From: Macrostomum lignano
Lineage: Eukaryota
Assembly (NCBI GenBank): GCA_002269645.1
Contig: NIVC01000778.1
Location: 372,001 to 436,000, forward strand
Reading direction: 5' to 3'
Length of the DNA: 64,000 nucleotides
Shown here: in pieces, positions 39,801-52,172 of the stretch
Layout of the letters: every line of letters starts with the position of its first letter
Position numbering within the stretch: the stretch's first letter is position 1
Program-made: the position numbers and the translations under genes
Notes under the pieces: generated by a model
The model's database searches: none
Told to the model about the DNA's origin: nothing
The model's input: only the letters and a program-made list of their open reading frames with translations

Positions 39801-42800
39801 TTTAACTAAATTCGACTAGAAACGCTGACAGACTTCCTTCCTTGCACTCTCGGGGATTAATGATAAAATGGGGATTTAATGTCAGCTTAAGGCTTTCCGT
39901 GTGTTTTTCCACCATAAACCTAGCCCGAGACTCGGCAATAAACTAATTCTAGACTCGGCCATAAAACAACCAGAGACCCGAGACTCGGCCAGAAACTAAC
40001 CCGAGACTCGCCCATAAACCTAATCTGAGACTCGGCTATAAACCAACCCCAAGACTCGGCCATAAAACAACTCCAACACAAGACTCGGCCATGAACCAAC
40101 TCCAACCAAAGACTCGGCCATAAAACAACTCCAACCTCAAGAATCGGCCATAAACCAACTCCAACCCCAAGACTCGGCCATAAACCAACTCCAACCCCAA
40201 GACTCGGCCATAAAACAACTCCAACCCCAATAATCGGCCATAAACCAACCCCAAGACTGGGCTATAAAACAACCCCAAGACTGGGCCATAAACCAACCCC
40301 GAGACTGGGCCATAAACCAACCCCGAGACTGGGCCATAAACCAACCCCGAGACTGGGCCATAAACCAACCCCAAGACTGGGCCATAAACCAACCCCGAGA
40401 CTGGGCCATAAACCAACCCCGAGACTGGGCCATAAACCAACCCCGAGACTGGGCCATAAACCAACCCCCTGCTGCTGCATTTAGTCGAGAACAGCCTGAA
40501 GTTAAGTCGACATTCCACAAGTAACAATAAATAGCACTCACCCAAATCCGGTAAAGAAAAAGTACGCCTTGTACTTCAGTACATAGCACAGTCCGCGCAT
40601 TCGCAGTAGTAGCATGGATACGGCTAGCACGGCTGTCCAAATTCTAGTGCCAACAACGCCAAAGAAGAAGGCAACAAATTGTAGAAGATTAAGCTGATGA
40701 CGAGAAGGATCCTGCGGTAAAGCCTGGGACACTACCATGGCCAGACAGGTGACACAGTGACAAGCTAACAGGCTGAGCAAGAACAGATGAGGCACCCGAA
40801 ATGCTCGCCTACTTAATAATAAATAAGCTAGAGTGACAAGTTGACAAGCCAAGCTAACCAAGCTGACATTGATTGACGTGTGAGAAATGAACTGTTCATA
40901 GTCTGTTGGCGACATAATCGGCAGCAGAATCAGCCGAGACGAGATGTACATAAGCGGAGCGCACAGGAATGTACTAGAGACTAGGCCGGAAGCTACTAGT
41001 TCCGGTGCCGGACTAGCGATGGAGAACTGGGCAGTATAGACGAACACAGTTGGAGCCGGTGGCAGGGCGCCATAGAGGAAGGCAAAGGTTGAGTAGGCCA
41101 GAGTATCGTTAGCATAGACACCAGGCCTGAAGCTCTGCACTAACTCTCTCATAACAAATGGCGCTATAAGCAATTTAATAATGAGAATTAGCATTAGTCC
41201 GAATAGCAGAGACCCGGATCGCAGCTGGGCAGTTTTTCCAACCATATTAACGCCCAAATAGAATAGTGCTGTAGCGCTGAACGCATTGCCAAATATGGAT
41301 AACACAGAGTCCACTATCTCTGGCAGGCGTCTGGAGCAGATGAAATTGAATATGACGCCAAGAGCGGACATGAATACTAACGGGTTGAGTAGGACGCCTT
41401 TGGCAATGTCGCCTAGCACATCTAAGCAGCGCTGCCGATTGTTAGTCTCTGGCTGGCTGGACTCTTTAACAGCAGCGCAATCGCTATTGGCTGCCAGTTG
41501 TCCGGGCTCAGAGCCGGACAGCTGGTCATCAGCTGCTGCTCCAGCACTTGCCGCTGACAGAGCCCGGTCAATCTCGATCATTATGAAACCAATTGGATTG
41601 ATAATCAGGAATGAGATTGGAGCGAACAGGTACAGGTAGCGGGTTATTGACGGGAACAGGATGTTCACTGAAATGCAGAGTGGGTGGGCGCGGAAGCGTG
41701 TGTTTTATGCGGCTGCTCTCTTGGGAACAAATGGGGATTAATTTTTGGAATAGTGGCTCCAGCTGGGAATTCGTGAGGTTGGTGGCCCAGCAGCTGAGGA
41801 TCTGGGAGGCTGGCCCAGCAGCTGAGGATCTGGGAGGCCGGTTCAGCAACTGAGGATCTGGGAGGCTGGCCCAGCAGCTGAGGATCTGGGAGGCTGGCCC
41901 AGCAACTGAGGATCTAGGAGGCTGGCTGGCCCAGCAACTGAGGATCTGGGAGGCTGGCCCAGCAGCTGAGGATCTGGGAGGCTGGCCCAGCAGCTGAGGA
42001 TCTGGGAGGCTGGCCCAGCAGCTGAGGATCTAGGAGGCTGGCCCAGCAACTGAGGATCTAGGAGGCTGGCTGGCCCAGCAACTGAGGATCTCGGAGGCTG
42101 GCCCAGCAACTGAGAATCTGGGAGGCTGGCCCAGCAGCTGAGGATCTGAGAGTCTGGCCGAGCAACTGAGGATCTGGGAGGCTGGCCCAGCAACTGAGGA
42201 TCTGAGAGGCTGGCCCAGTAACTGAAGATCTGAGAGGCTGGCCCAGTAACTGAGGATCTGAGAGGCTGGCCCAGCAACTGAGGATCTGGGGTGTTGGCCC
42301 AGCAAGTGAGAGGCTGGCCCAGCAACTGAGGATCTGGGAGGGTGGCCCAGCAGTTGAAGATCTAGGAGGCTGGTCCAGCAACTGAGGATCTGGGAGGCGG
42401 TGGCCCAGCAACAGGTGTGGCCATTAGCTCACATATAGGATAGCCCAGCGCGAAATCGTTAGTCTGAGTGCAGAAGATGCCCAGTATGCCGGCAATCGCC
42501 AGCCGGTGCTCGGAGGCCAGCAGGAAGCTGAACAGCGCCACAGAGGCGAACACCAGAACTTTAGTAGCCAGAATGGAGCCTAGAAAGGCCCAGCTAACAC
42601 CTGACAAATCTATTGTAACCATAAATCTAAATATAAGCGACGGCAATGCAAAAGTGCTAACGAAACGGCCAAGGCCTTTGGCTTGACTCTCCGGCAGTAG
42701 GCCGGTGCGACAGGCGGCGTAGCCGGTGAGGATGACCACGAAGCACTGGACAATGGCGGGGAACAGGTGGTCCATGACGCCGCCGCCAGCCCCGGCCGGG

Positions 42801-42823
42801 ATGCTGGCGTTTGTGGAGAACAT
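33821..42823 (-). CDS. GPR155: GPR155/LYCHOS lysosomal cholesterol sensor (PIN-like transporter domain, GPCR-like TM domain, DEP domain); 8 exons, ~928 aa
   Basis: Exons 5'->3': 42823-42433, 41667-40542, 39723-39627, 38769-38545, 36276-36068, 35277-35056, 34975-34835, 34196-33821; all GT-AG and phase-consistent. Motifs: FALPSLIF, CTQTNDFALGYP, LNPLVFM, YGALPPAP, LEFLDSVFNYGQG, DEP (FSGKALVDWL..AVAYGERLL). Confidence 0.95.
34474..34775 (-). mobile_element. tRNA-derived SINE (family 1), GPR155 intron 7
   Basis: Reverse complement matches 21059-21366 over head, core and 3' region; (att)n tail at ~34474-34484. Confidence 0.85.
35330..35948. repeat. 21-bp minisatellite (cccactagaattgtaaacaca), GPR155 intron 5
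   Basis: About 29 tandem units; explains the VFTILVG repeat in ORF 35052-35945. Confidence 0.95.
36871..37265 (+). mobile_element. tRNA-headed SINE-like element (family 2), GPR155 intron 4
   Basis: A-box (tgcccagtggt) and B-box-like (ggctcgattcc) head; core shared with 5780-5950 and 37630-37740. Confidence 0.5.
37625..37740 (+). mobile_element. Truncated SINE-like fragment (family 2)
   Basis: gggttcgattcc B-box followed by gggccgttgtacaccc..tgctcaggggtcggcgga. Confidence 0.4.
37755..38265. repeat. 52-bp (29+23 dimeric) minisatellite, GPR155 intron 4
   Basis: gactcggccataaaccaactccaagacaagactcggacataaactaacccga repeated ~10 times. Confidence 0.92.
38860..39545. repeat. 28-bp polypurine minisatellite (ggagggaaaggggtagaggggagggaga), GPR155 intron 3
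   Basis: Direct reading. Confidence 0.93.
39920..40470. repeat. ~24-30-bp minisatellite (gactgggccataaaccaaccccga), GPR155 intron 2
   Basis: Tandem units related to the 37755-38265 array. Confidence 0.9.
41780..42400. repeat. 28-bp minisatellite (gaggatctgggaggctggcccagcagct), GPR155 intron 1
   Basis: About 22 tandem units. Confidence 0.93.
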
Positions 42824-43443
42824 TCTAGCACAACCGCGAGATTTTAAATCAACTGCACTACTGTCAGTAGCTGTGTAGAAAGCAGCGATGAAATTGTGGG
42901 CTGAAATTTTTTATAAAAAGAATAGTCGAAGCTTTATACTACTTAGTAAGTAGCTTAAAATACAATATTTTGTAAGATCGGAAACATTTGCAATACGAAA
43001 CACTATCACAATATCTCTTATAAATTCTACATACATGATCATTTGTGGCAGTGTCTATGCTTGTACTACGTACTAAGTACTGGTGGGTTAAAGTACAGAT
43101 ATACGTACTTTTAGACTAGAAACAATTTCAAACGAATTTCAATTAATGGAAATTGCCCAGCTCGTTAAGTATCAGGGGGGAATGGGAGAGTGGCCAAGGA
43201 GTTTTGCGCGTCGGCAGCCAGCCTATTACAAGTTAAGCAGAGTTGGTCACGGTTAGTACGCAGCTAAAGAGTGACAAATTAAACTGAGAATTTGTAACAG
43301 AAATAATTAAGAAAGTCCAACACATATTGATGCTTGCTGATTGAAATGCTCAAAAGCTAATGAACTTTTATTGAGCCTATGAAATCTATACAAATAACTT
43401 CACTCAAATTATGTGTAATAACCATAACTGGTGAATGAACGAA

Positions 43444-43767
43444 TCAGTCTTTCTTTTGCCGATTAAAATACGGAGTATGCTTAGAATCTTTGCCGCGCAG
43501 TTTTCTAAGCCGGTCCATCTCCTCCTGGAAGTCCCGGTACTCGTCCCTGAACACGCCCATAGAGCGCAGGCTGCGGAATATCGAGCTGAAGCTGTCCAGC
43601 GGCGGGTACCAGCCAGCCCGCTGCCGGCCCCACGGCTCCGCCATCAGTCGCCTGGCTACATTGCGATCCTGAGAAGACGTTGGCCGAGCGAAGTCAACAA
43701 AAATTCGGCCAGACAGATAGGCCATCCGTTTCATGTAATTGCTGCTGCTTGCCGCTTTTTGGGCCAT
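43444..43767 (-). CDS. MRPS33: Mitochondrial small ribosomal subunit protein mS33, 107 aa
   Basis: From ATG 43767: YMKRMAYLSGRIF..RPTS..WYPP..LRSMGVFRDEYRDFQEEMDRLRKLRGK matches the mS33 pattern (RMSRLSARLFG..WYP..LGLYRDEHQDF..RLKKLRGK). Minus-strand AATAAA at 43372-43367. Confidence 0.93.
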   Translation of the reverse strand: MAQKAASSSNYMKRMAYLSGRIFVDFARPTSSQDRNVARRLMAEPWGRQRAGWYPPLDSFSSIFRSLRSMGVFRDEYRDFQEEMDRLRKLRGKDSKHTPYFNRQKKD

Positions 43768-44625
43768 TGCTGTTGCTTCTAGTAGAGCATGCAAACAATG
43801 CATAATGCATAATGTACTTTCAAGTGTTAATCGCAGCACTACAATCAGTGTTGCTACAGGCATTTGAAAAAAAATAGACGCAGCCGATAAAAAAAAACGC
43901 AGGCAGTACTAAAAATTATAATGAAGCTCAGAACTACTCTATTGTACATTCATGCCTCTGCCCTGCCTACGTGGGTGTGCTCTGTGTTTTTGCATATGTA
44001 CACGGCACCGTGTAAAGCAACAATTTTCTTAACAAATCCGAAGCCTGCTGTCCTTAATTTTTAGATGCGAACTGCTAGTACATTACATGTTAGATGCCAG
44101 TCAGTAGCTAATACAAGTATTAAGAAGCTGTTCTCGAGTTGCACAACTGCAGGCTGTACCCTTGTCTGTTGAGCAAATAATGATGAACGACATCAAGGAG
44201 TTCGAGGAACAAATTTACATTGCACTATTAGTAGAATACAGAGAAATGATCTAGGCCCTGAAACATCCTAGCACTGTGCCCTGGATCACATACAACTATA
44301 CTGTATAAATGCACACAAGTGACTAGCAGCCCTAGGATGATTAACAACAAGATACATTAGCAACGAAACATGTTCTTATATCTAATGCATAATAGAAAAT
44401 CACGACGATGCTGAGCAATACGATAGTAAAAAGGCTGAGAGTACATCAGTACATTTTATTCCAAAATCAACACGGCTACCAGCCAACCAGCAGATGTCAT
44501 AAATGGTCACATGCAAAAATTTATGTATTTCCTCTTTAATCAGCAGCGGCCAGCGAGTGCACAAAAATTGGCCGATGGATATTGGCTAACAGACAAACTA
44601 GGATACGCAACTTATCCTGCACTTA

Positions 44626-44984
44626 TTGGGTTGTCCAGAAAGTTCTGTCCGATTTTTTCACATGGTCTAACTTCCTTATACTAAAACTTACTTATCTATT
44701 ATCCATTGTTGTTCATATTTGCCTATTAGCAATATGTTACTCACCTTTCTACCACCACCTGCATCTAACTGAAAGTTGCTTCTTTCCAGCAAAGAATGGC
44801 ACATGATAATGAGCACCTTTTGCACTGCTTGCTCTATCTATCTATTCCGCGCCATTGACCGGCATCTGCAAGGCAAGAGCTTCAACAACGAACTGGCCCT
44901 CATCTCGGAGATCGGCAACTTTTTCGACTCGATGAACATTTGTATAAAAAAATGGACAGAACTTTCTAGACATTGGACAACCTA
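44626..44984 (+). mobile_element. Internally deleted mariner remnant nested in the hAT element
   Basis: TA-flanked imperfect TIRs (ttgggttgtccagaaagttctgtcc / ggacagaactttctagacattggacaaccta); remnants HDN and YLFRAIDRHLQGKSFNN..FFDS resemble the mariner transposase C-terminus. Confidence 0.75.
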
Positions 44985-45551
44985 TACATATAAGAGCAAC
45001 AGTGAGTACGTATACGTGCAATATGTGTATCTCGATCGATAGCCGATGCAAACATACATGGAAACAGCACGACAACAACAATGCAACAACTTGAAGAATA
45101 AATGTAAAAATTCATGTCATCTGTTACTCTTTCAGTTCTCACTGTCTCTACCCTCTCAGTCACTCAAAGAGCAAGATTGCGAGCATAGCTGTTCGTAATA
45201 AAATGCATGTAAAATAAAACTGATGCCTAGATCATGCCTGGATGCATCTTTGTTGCAAACCCTGTATCCCCATATGCAGTGTTTGGCAAAGTTCATTTTT
45301 GGAAAAGTTCAATTCATTTTTAAAATGATATTGAAAGAATAGCAGAATGAGATCATTTTTAACTGTTTGGCAGTAGAATGAGGTAAAGAAATGGTTGTTA
45401 CTCGAGCATGACTGACCAAGTAGGAAATGCCCTTGCATAAAGTTCAAAAGTTCGTTGTACGAAAGTTCCTTTTTCGTGAACTTGCCCAACACTGCCTATC
45501 TATTTATGTCTATGTAAGCCCAAAAATCATTGTTACCAAAAGTTACCGGCG

Positions 45552-46172
45552 TCACTTTTTGAAATAACTGGCGATGGTAGACTCGGTCGCCTTCTCCTCC
45601 AACTTTCTCTTTTTCTCTTTGAGGCCCTCAGTCTCCTTCTCCAGTGTCTTGCGCTCAATCGCTAGGGCAGCTACCTGTCGCTGATATTCGTCAAGCATTG
45701 CGGCAGCTCTGTCCGCTTGCGCATCTACCTCCAGTCTCCTCTTCCGTATGCTCTCCTCCTTTGCCTGCAACTGTGCAGAGTGTGTTGCCTTCTTAATTTC
45801 CTGTGCAATTTCTACTGCCAACTCTCTCTCCTTTGCCAACTTCTTCTGCTTCTCCTCATTCTCCTCCCGCTGCCGCTCCAGGTGCTGCTTCCAGCTGTGC
45901 CGAGCATGAAAGCCTGCGTTGATGTACGCGTCATTGAAGTGAAACGTTTCACAAGTCAAACCGGTCGACTTTAGGAAACCTCGGGTAAGCAGACAGCCAT
46001 CTATGGTGCGGATGTCCAGATTGCTTCTTTTCTTTGAAAAAAGGTCTGTAAGATCGGCAAACACACGCTCCACTGCCGCATTGCCACTTAAGTCACCAAC
46101 AAAACAGCTAGCAAGTAAAAACGCAGAATGAAAAAAAACGCAGAAAAAAACGCACAAACGCAGATTTTTCAA
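45552..46172 (-). pseudogene. hAT transposase C-terminal fragment (dimerisation-like motif plus coiled-coil tail)
   Basis: SGNAAVERVFADL..KKRSNLDIRTID fits the hAT SxxxxERxFS..R..L motif; lies inside the TIR-bounded element; catalytic N-terminal part absent. Confidence 0.7.
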
Positions 46173-47011
46173 AGAAAAAACGCAGCTGCGTTAAAAACGC
46201 AGCCTGTAGCAACACTGACTACAATCATAGCTGGGCTACCCCCTCAAATAGGTTTTTCCCAGTTATACCCGATTTACAGAATTGAAGGATTATAAATAAA
46301 TGGTTATTGTCCAATTGCCAAGACAATTAAGACAAGATAATAAAACATTCGTCTGACACTTATTCTAGTTGTTCAACAATATTAAAAAATTAAAGATAGA
46401 CATTTATTCTAAGGAAGAATAGCAAATACTACACTGGAGACCCAACACTTCCATTTCTATCCTATGCTTATTTACACTGTAAACTGTTAAGGTCTACAGA
46501 GGGTCAGAAGATATAAAATTTCAAATATAGACCCTAAGCTGTTTGGGTTTATAAACTAAATTCATTATTTAAATATGAACTAATTATTGCTTACACAACC
46601 ATTACTTGATTCATTTCTTTACCATATATTACCAATCTTCCGTAAATTTCTGTTGCACCTGCTAGTGCTACTAAAACAGCCTACATGTTCATATTTTAAT
46701 AATAATTAACCTTTCATTTTCAAATAAAGAAGTTTCTTTTTCTTACTATTTGTTACTTAATAAATTGTAAATCACTTGGAAAACCTTTCTGCGTCAGCTG
46801 AGAAAATGGAAAGCCAAAGACAGTGCATTATGAAGTTTGTTGTTGTAAAAAAGTGCAAAACTCCTTTATGTTCTGTGTTAATGTTAATGGATTAATGCAT
46901 ATTAATCATTATCAGTTACCATAGCAAACTTAGGAATTAATAAGTTAAGACTTTTTTAATTCTAACACATTTGCCATTAATGGAAGTTAAGATTATCATT
47001 AATAGTGCCCG

Positions 47012-50000
47012 ACACTGTTCTTGCCTAATCTTGTGATATAGAAGTGGTGCTATAGCTAATGATTCCAGTAGGCCTACTGGATTTTGATCATTGAAATCCC
47101 ATCTAGAACAATCTGCTTGCCACTATATGCTTATTATAGCTGCAGGTCTTAGTTGAAGGTAACCAAGGTTCCAAGTCCTAAGACAATACATGATATGCAA
47201 GTATTATATTAATATATTGATACATTTTTATAGAATATTATACTATAGCTCAGTTATCAAATTACTATTATTATCTAGTTATATTGAACTACAACTATAT
47301 AGTTATAGACTATATTTAGGCTTACTTAAGGGGAAAAATACTAGGGCATAACAACCTATGCCTATTTTATACTTATTCATTATTGGAATCACTACTATGA
47401 AGACAACTTATTAAACCATTAAAAACTGAATTCAATGAATTCAACTGAATTTAATTATGTATTCAACTGAAATCTATATACTGTATCCCCCAAGCATCCT
47501 AAAGTTGAAAAATCCTAGATACATTATGCAGACTTAAATATTACTATTTGGCCTATCTTATTTTTTTATAAATAATATAAGGCCTATGGCTATAGCTTAC
47601 ACCAGGTGCTACCATATAGAAAATGCACTATATCAGCAAAAATTCCCTTTGAAAATAACTTAGCAATAAGGCCATAAGCATTTTTTTTCAATGGTAATTT
47701 GGCCTTTATTTCCTTATTTGAGAATATAGACCATGCAAGGGCAGGCAATTAATTGGTCCAAAAATGTGGCAATAGATAAAACTTTCAACCTTTTCAGCCT
47801 CAGTTCAGGATATGGTTCCTTTGAATAGAATTTTGCCTAATCCATTTGTGAACATTTTGGTAGAAGAGGCAGATGAAGTCTATTAAGTTAAAGAAACATT
47901 CAACAAAAGTTATGCCAATACCAAGCTCTCCTATTGCCTCAAAGTTTTGTGCTTTTTGATGGCTTATTTGTTATAAGCTATTGCTAAAATCATATTGGTA
48001 AATGTGCTAACATTTTGACAAAAAGTGAGCATTTTATCTATATAGAATCTTGCCTTCAATACTACCTATGCAACAAACTAGTAGTGAAGAACATGACATA
48101 TGTCTACAATGTAGGCTGCAAGATGAAATGACAGTAGACAACCTATATTAACAGTATCATTGGAGTGCATCATTCTAGTAGTCAATGCATTTTATCTCTA
48201 TAGGCATATTAGATAATTTCTTTAAGTCAAACACCCTATATAGGTACTTTCCTAGTGCAGAAGACTAATAGAAAAAATGTTCACAATTAGCACTGTTTAC
48301 TATTGGCTTGTCACAAATTAAAGCTTCCTTTCTTAGGAGAATCTTTGCCTTTTTTCTTGTTTATTTCAAGTATTAATGTAGTAATATGGTATGTATTTAA
48401 ATCCACTGCTTAAATTTTAGCTTGTCAATTCAGTTTGGCTTGTGAAAGGCTGTGGATTGATAGATGGTGAACACTGCAAGCAGATTAACTCCTTATTATG
48501 GCCTTATAGTCCCAGCTTCCTAGTTTAAGTAGATGCAATTAGATTGGCAAACCTTTTTTGTCATATATCATTAAGCACTTGGATGCAGTTCATCTTTTCT
48601 AATTGTGTACATAATAACTTTATTAGCTTAAAGTATATACTTTATATTCTTATGTTGATCAATCTTTTTATAATATAATTAGTTTCTTTTTGAATAATGA
48701 ATCTACCCCTTTCTCATTTTGTTTTTAAAGCTGACTGGCTTCTTGATCAACTTTGACTATATAAGAAGCACACAGCCATCCACAAAGCTAAATTGGTGCA
48801 TTGTTGAACACTTCCACTTTGAAAGTATACCTTTTTACAAGTTTGCTAAGTTTTGTATTGAAGTAAATTCTTACAACTCTACTCCTATGATAGTGTATAA
48901 GATTTAACTATACCAAAGCAATGTTTAAATAATTAGTTGGTTTATAAAAGGGTGACTACTCAGGATAGGAAATGACGAAACTTGAAGGCTTATCTATTAA
49001 TAAATTAGTCCTTAAAAAGCATTACTTTGAGATATGTTTTACCTTGTAGTCAGTGAGTTTGTCAGTGGTAAATAGGCCTTCAAGTTTGACATTTCTTATC
49101 TGAAGTATTGAGTAGTCCCTGAAGGGTGGGTTCCTGGAATTAGAATTCTGCCATATTTGCAAGTGGCACTGCACTGTCTTAAATGCATTAGCAAGCTGCA
49201 CTTTATTTAAAACAAAACCTTAGATCTAGATCTGCTGTTTGTATAGCTCACATGGGCAAAAGGAGTTTTGCATAATCATGTACCATCTTGACACTCTTCT
49301 ATTGAAAATGCAACAATTGATTTGCCATTTGCTAGAATGTTATCAGACTCAGCCAGTTCAAAGCTTCACTAACCCTGACTTGCTGATTTATGCCTCACTG
49401 GATATAGACCCTGCTGGCACAAACTTATCTTGATTGCTATGAAAGCAAATTTTGGAGACTAGTGCATATGTAAAGTGACTTCAAGAAGAGATGAGTATGT
49501 TTCTTCATGAGTCCTACAATTTTTACAGCTGACTAATTGAGACATCAAGCTACTAACTGTAGCATTTGGACTGAAGGCTTAGTTTGGAATGCTATTTGAG
49601 TCTCTTTAAATAAAGTAGAAAAAATCTTAAAGGATATTGTTAAACTTCTGAGTGATCCCCAAGTGACACAAACCAGTTATGTGACAAAATTTAAGTTCAG
49701 ACAATTTAAGAAATAGTTCAAATGATTCAATGTATAGTTCTTTGTCAGACAACTTAATTGAATAGAACAGTATATGCATATAAAATTAAATGCTAGTACC
49801 TAATATGTTTGAATCTATGTAGCAAGTTCAAATCAAAGTTTTTATATATTGTATTACTCTTTACTATCTTTGCTATAAAGCTTGTCTGTATATTGCTACT
49901 CTTTTGTTTAATGCATTCATGGCCTAGAAGCCTCACCAATCAAGCCCCAATCTATTTTTAGCACATAGGTCACTTCCTACATCTTATACAAATGTTAAGG

Positions 50001-52172
50001 TAATCTCTAGGTTTTTTCAAGTAAAATAAATGGAATTGAAGAAAGAACAATTATTCTTGAGACCTGAACTGCTCTTAAAATTATGTTGATATGATTCAAT
50101 CTGTAGATTTTGCTATATCTTTATATATAGCAATGCCTTTTGCTTCATATAAAAATGCTTTAAAGTCTTGTGCTTACCTTCTTTCTGTGATTACAATTGT
50201 ATGCTAGCCTAAATTGCACTATATATTACTTGTAGCATTTTGTTTTGGTTGAAAAATAATTTTGGTAAGTAAATCCAACTATATTTTATATTTTTAGTTA
50301 CTTACAAACATATTGCTTGCATTTTTGTTTGAGAATAAAGCCTATTTATATATAGGCAACAGTTGTTTTCATGGAATCAATAAGGCTATAATGATTAATA
50401 TACATGTAGCTATACAAGTTAAAAAACAAGCTTTAGGCACTTATAAACAGCCTGTTTTAATTTAAAAGTTCTGTATTTTGCCCAATGGACATTGTTATAT
50501 TACTTGTATATTTCCCTCCCCTACCTTTCCTATTCTTAGCTATGGTACTGGCTTTTCCTACTATTTGTATATCTTTCTCTATCCTTTTATATATTTTCCT
50601 ATAGCCTCTTCTACAAACTTGACTCTTTACACTTTCTTTCTATATATGCCTTTTGCCCTTACTATCTATTTTACCTTGAGGCATTTACCCTCCTCTGAAC
50701 TGTCAGATGCAATAAGCAATAGAGCTATTGAAAGTGGTAGTAGGATGCAAAACTGGGATGTGACAAAGATATAAAGAATGCTGCCCTATGTAGACTTACA
50801 ATAGAATATAAATTTCTTAAGTTATCTAATTTGTACATTTTGCACTTTGCTTTCCAGAGTTTAGGAAATTTAGGTAATCTCAAAGGTAGTTAAATATGCA
50901 GAACTATCAGTGACCTAATAGGCATTGATATAGGGGAAAGGGAAGGCAATAGAAAGACAGTGATGGGTAAAGAGAGAGAGGGAGAAGATAAGGCTAGAAG
51001 GGAAAAAAGGATGGGGGCTAGGAAGAGAAAAGGGAGGGGCTAAGGAAAGAAGATGATGGGGGCTAAAAGAGAGGATAAGGTATGGGCTAGGGAGAGGAAA
51101 AGGTAAGGGGCCAAAGAAAAGGAAAATATGATTAATGGAAAGTATAGAGGGCATAGGGGTTTTAGATGATAAGGAGGATATAGGGAGGGTATAGAATATA
51201 GGGAAGGTATAGAGCATATAAGGAGAGTCAAGGGTAAAGAGGATATGGAGGGTAAACTGAGAGTATAGAGGTTAGGGAATGTTAGAGGTTTTCCATGCAT
51301 TTTGGTGCCTGTGCTTTTCAGTGCCCTACATTTTGGTGCCCCAGATTGCTTTTTGGTGCCTCAGTTTAAGATGCCAAAATAATAATAAAAAAGGAAGTCC
51401 TGTAACAAATATAATAAATACTTTACAAAATGTTCAATATTCCTAATAAAAGCAGTATTCATTTTGTTAAACTGGCATTTTTGTCAATGTAAAAAATATT
51501 GTCAATTTAATTGCTTGCATTTGTTTTATCTTGTATAAACAATACAAGCTAGCTATACTCAGCAAGCATGCTAGTGCTATTAAGACTTAGTAAGGTAAAG
51601 TTGAAATCTATAAACAATACTATATAGTTTTTTATTAGAATTATAAAATGTGACAAGTATATTTTATTATTTATTTTTTGTGAATCATATGATAATGTTT
51701 TATTTTATAAAACTGCATGGGAAATGAAGTGAGTATTATTTAATAAGCTGAAATCTTTTGGGGCATAACTATCAGACTATAATCTATAAGATTTTACTAC
51801 AAGTGCATTTGGGGCATGAGTTTAAAATTTTGATGCCACTGATGCAGCAAGCAATATAAAAGTAAATTGAATCAAGAAAATTGAGTCTATGTAAAGAAAA
51901 AATTAAATTGAAATAAAACAAAACTATTTTTTAAATTAATAGTTTTAGTTTACCTTGTAATATTAAGCCAATAATTTTATATATTGTATATTTTACTTTG
52001 TTGCAATTTCCTTGGCTTAGTTAATAAACTATATAATCTATAGACTAACATAAACTTAATGTAATATTACATAATATGTATATATAGGCCAAATAAATAT
52101 CATATATAGGCCTAGCAGGTCTAATTATAATTAGTAATAGTAGGGCCTATATGCTACCTACAAGCATAAATG
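47012..52172. other. CpG-free, TpA-rich block of decayed repeat-like DNA
   Basis: Manual scan found one CpG (48976) in 5161 bp while GpC is frequent; contains CpG-decayed MITE motifs. Confidence 0.85.

Larger units (their letters stand above)
43846..46217 (-). mobile_element. Non-autonomous hAT DNA transposon, 2372 bp
   Basis: Perfect 16-bp TIRs cagtgttgctacaggc (43846-43861 and 46202-46217); exact 8-bp TSD actacaat; subterminal aaaaacgcag repeats at both ends; transposase C-terminal remnant. Confidence 0.93.

Noticed and set aside
43768-43863. 32-aa N-terminal extension of MRPS33
   Set aside because: The upstream ATG lies inside the hAT terminus and the extension has no mS33 similarity; the start was placed at 43767.
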